From: a virus
Lineage: Duplodnaviria; Caudoviricetes
Reading direction: 5' to 3' (one strand)
DNA: 64,000 bases
IMG/VR virus record: IMGVR_UViG_2772190763_000002
Span: 2,601-66,600 of that record
In this document: positions 62,365 to 64,000 of the stretch, in pieces
Layout of the letters: every line of letters begins with the position of its first letter
Position numbering within the stretch: position 1 is the stretch's first letter
Notes under the pieces: model-generated
The model's input: the letters and a program-made list of their open reading frames with translations, nothing else
The model's database searches: none
Told to the model about the DNA's origin: nothing
Made by a program: the position numbers and the translations under genes

Positions 62365-62588
62365 CCACCACAATGGACTGGACCGCGCACAACGGCGGTG
62401 ACTGCCCGGTCGACGAGAAGGCAATCGTCGATCTTCAACTGCGGAGCGGCCGCGTCATAGAGCGCACTGTCGCAGGCAGATGGCTCTGGAATCGGCCCTG
62501 CCGCGAGGCGTCTGGCTTGTACGTGCCAAGCACATACGAGAATGGCGGCATGGTTGTCGCTTATCGTGAACTAGGGGAGGCGGCATGA
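62361..62588 (+). CDS. Hypothetical phage protein
   Basis: WTAHNGGDCPV..VVAYR. Confidence 0.65.
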   Translation: MTTTMDWTAHNGGDCPVDEKAIVDLQLRSGRVIERTVAGRWLWNRPCREASGLYVPSTYENGGMVVAYRELGEAA

Positions 62589-62797
62589 CCGACAACCAGC
62601 CTCGGTACACAACGGCGCGCCTTCACGCCGAAATCGCCAAGGCCAAGGCATACGCACACCGAGAGGCACTGAAGGAGGCAATCGCCGGATATGACGGCAC
62701 CTACTACGAAGACCATCGCGGCGTCAGGCAATGGCGCCTGCCGTCTCGCCACGACTTCGTTGACGTCATCCGCGCACTCAAAGAGGAGACCAAATGA
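62585..62797 (+). CDS. Hypothetical phage protein
   Basis: 70-aa coupled ORF. Confidence 0.6.
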   Translation: MTDNQPRYTTARLHAEIAKAKAYAHREALKEAIAGYDGTYYEDHRGVRQWRLPSRHDFVDVIRALKEETK

Positions 62798-63294
62798 ACA
62801 ACGCACTTTTCACCATCGACGGCGACCTGACCGCCGTGCCAGCCAATGACAACCAGTTGCGCGCGCTCGGCGCGGCTATTGGGAAGCACGAAAGTAGTGC
62901 GCCGATCCAGCAGGACTCTAGTGCGGTGCATCTGCCATCAACCAATCCGAAACGTGCGTTCGGCGTCAAGAAGCCGTCGGCGCAGTTCATCCCGCCAGTT
63001 GCTCTCATTGAAGAGAGCGCCGTCATGGCGCTGGGAGCGGCCAAATACGGCGCATTCAACTGGCAAGACGATCCGGTTGATGCATCGACCTACTACAGCG
63101 CCGCGATTCGCCACCTTCTCCAATGGTTCTCTGGCGAGGATGTCGACCAGGAGAGCGGCGCATCTCACCTTGCACATGTGCGGGCCTGCATGGCTATTCT
63201 GATCGATGCGAAGGTAAGCGGCAAGCTTATCGACGATCGACCGAAGTGCGCGCCTGCTAGCGAGGCAATCGACCGGCTGAGGTTGGCAGCGTGA
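62794..63294 (+). CDS. dATP/dGTP diphosphohydrolase-like (DUF5664)
   Basis: GAAKYGAFNW, AAIRHL..GEDVDQESGASHLAH. Confidence 0.8.
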   Translation: MNNALFTIDGDLTAVPANDNQLRALGAAIGKHESSAPIQQDSSAVHLPSTNPKRAFGVKKPSAQFIPPVALIEESAVMALGAAKYGAFNWQDDPVDASTYYSAAIRHLLQWFSGEDVDQESGASHLAHVRACMAILIDAKVSGKLIDDRPKCAPASEAIDRLRLAA

Positions 63295-63477
63295 GTGACT
63301 GGTATAATCCGGACGCTTGGGCGACCCCGTCAAGAAGCGTCAGCGATATATGGGAGCCAAAAGTCTCGCGCATATTAGGACCAGACGGGCAGCCGATCCC
63401 GTACAAGCCGCAGCAGCAGCCAATAGGGTTCTACAAGCTGGGCGAACGAGTGAAGCAACAGTAACTAGCAAAAAATC

Positions 63478-63503
63478 AGGCCCGCCTCGCGCGGGCCTTT
63501 TTA
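63478..63503 (+). terminator. Intrinsic (possibly bidirectional) terminator
   Basis: AGGCCCGC-CTCGC-GCGGGCCT-TTTT with A-run upstream. Confidence 0.65.
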
Positions 63504-63773
63504 ATTCCGAAACATAGTATCTAGAGAAACATCCACCGATACGGTCGGCCGTGCGCCTCGCCCGAAACCCAGACGTTGTAAAGCTGTCTTCCCATCGCCG
63601 TCCTGGATCGCGACAGGACAATCACTATTATGTCACCCGACTGCACCGACATTCCAATTTCGAACTTCCAACCTGCATAATAAACGCATCTCCCTCTCTT
63701 TTCGGTATTCTCCCCTGCCTCATGCAATAACATTTCTTTTTTATCCCCCTGTGCGGCTGACGGCGCCGAGCCG

Positions 63774-63971
63774 GGGGTTGAACACTGGCCATCACGACCA
63801 GCCAATGCGCCTTTAGGCGTGCCTTGGACATCGGGGCGCGCATGGAAACCCATACGCGCGACGCATTGCCCCCGGCCCGTGAAGGCCAGGTGAATGCGCC
63901 AGCCGCTAAGCTGCGCAGTGGTCGGCTCGCATGCTTGCGCGAGCCTAGTGATGGTCAGGGTGTTCAAGCCC
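63774..63971. other. Highly structured inverted-repeat element (ncRNA or MITE-like)
   Basis: 63774-63795 pairs with 63948-63971, enclosing several internal hairpins. Confidence 0.45.
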
Positions 63972-64000
63972 AAGTTGATTAATAACGGAAACTGATTGTC

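Larger units (their letters stand above)
1..63505. mobile_element. Temperate siphovirus-type prophage, left end outside window; right end approximate
   Basis: Contiguous repressor, replication, terminase-portal-protease-capsid, tail, lysis modules; phage-like gene packing ends near terminator at ~63478-63503; att sites not identified. Confidence 0.9.

Noticed and set aside
60520-63294. Z-genome (2-aminoadenine) or 7-deazaguanine pathway
   Set aside because: No purZ, DNA polymerase, dpdA or que genes recognised
63317-63973. ORFs 63317..63517 and 63521..63973
   Set aside because: No RBS or family motifs; they overlap a terminator and the structured element
1-64000. Integrase and attL/attR
   Set aside because: No tyrosine or serine recombinase recognised and only one prophage end is in view

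Overview
The window is almost entirely one temperate siphovirus-type prophage of an alphaproteobacterial (Rhizobiaceae-like) host. In order it contains leftward early genes, two CI-like repressors, and a recombination/replication block (Sak4-like ATPase, DUF669, beta-clamp, Cas4-like exonuclease, sigma-like factor, intein-containing SF2 helicase, two DNA methyltransferases, prim-pol). HK97-type head and long-tail genes follow, then a beta-helix tailspike, an RgpF-like moron, a lysis cassette, an IS5-family insertion and a nucleotide-metabolism cluster. No integrase is visible, so it probably lies beyond the left edge. The standout is 2503-4150: a small stand-alone RAMP/Cas7-like gene (2662-3258) flanked by eight non-coding units, one upstream and seven downstream. 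Each unit is a long stem-loop, often with a UUCG loop, followed by 11-17 in-phase pentamers of form (CGY-like triplet)+NN; the seven downstream tracts all close with CTCAACG. This is not a CRISPR array. It looks like an RNA-guided system whose variable NN dinucleotides form a gapped guide (VIPR-like, but with CGY rather than GGY triplets). A second genome-wide signal is that many non-structural proteins carry an ANDN motif and/or C-terminal Ala-Ala, resembling the alphaproteobacterial tmRNA (SsrA) tag. All protein family calls come from motif recognition by eye, not from database searches.
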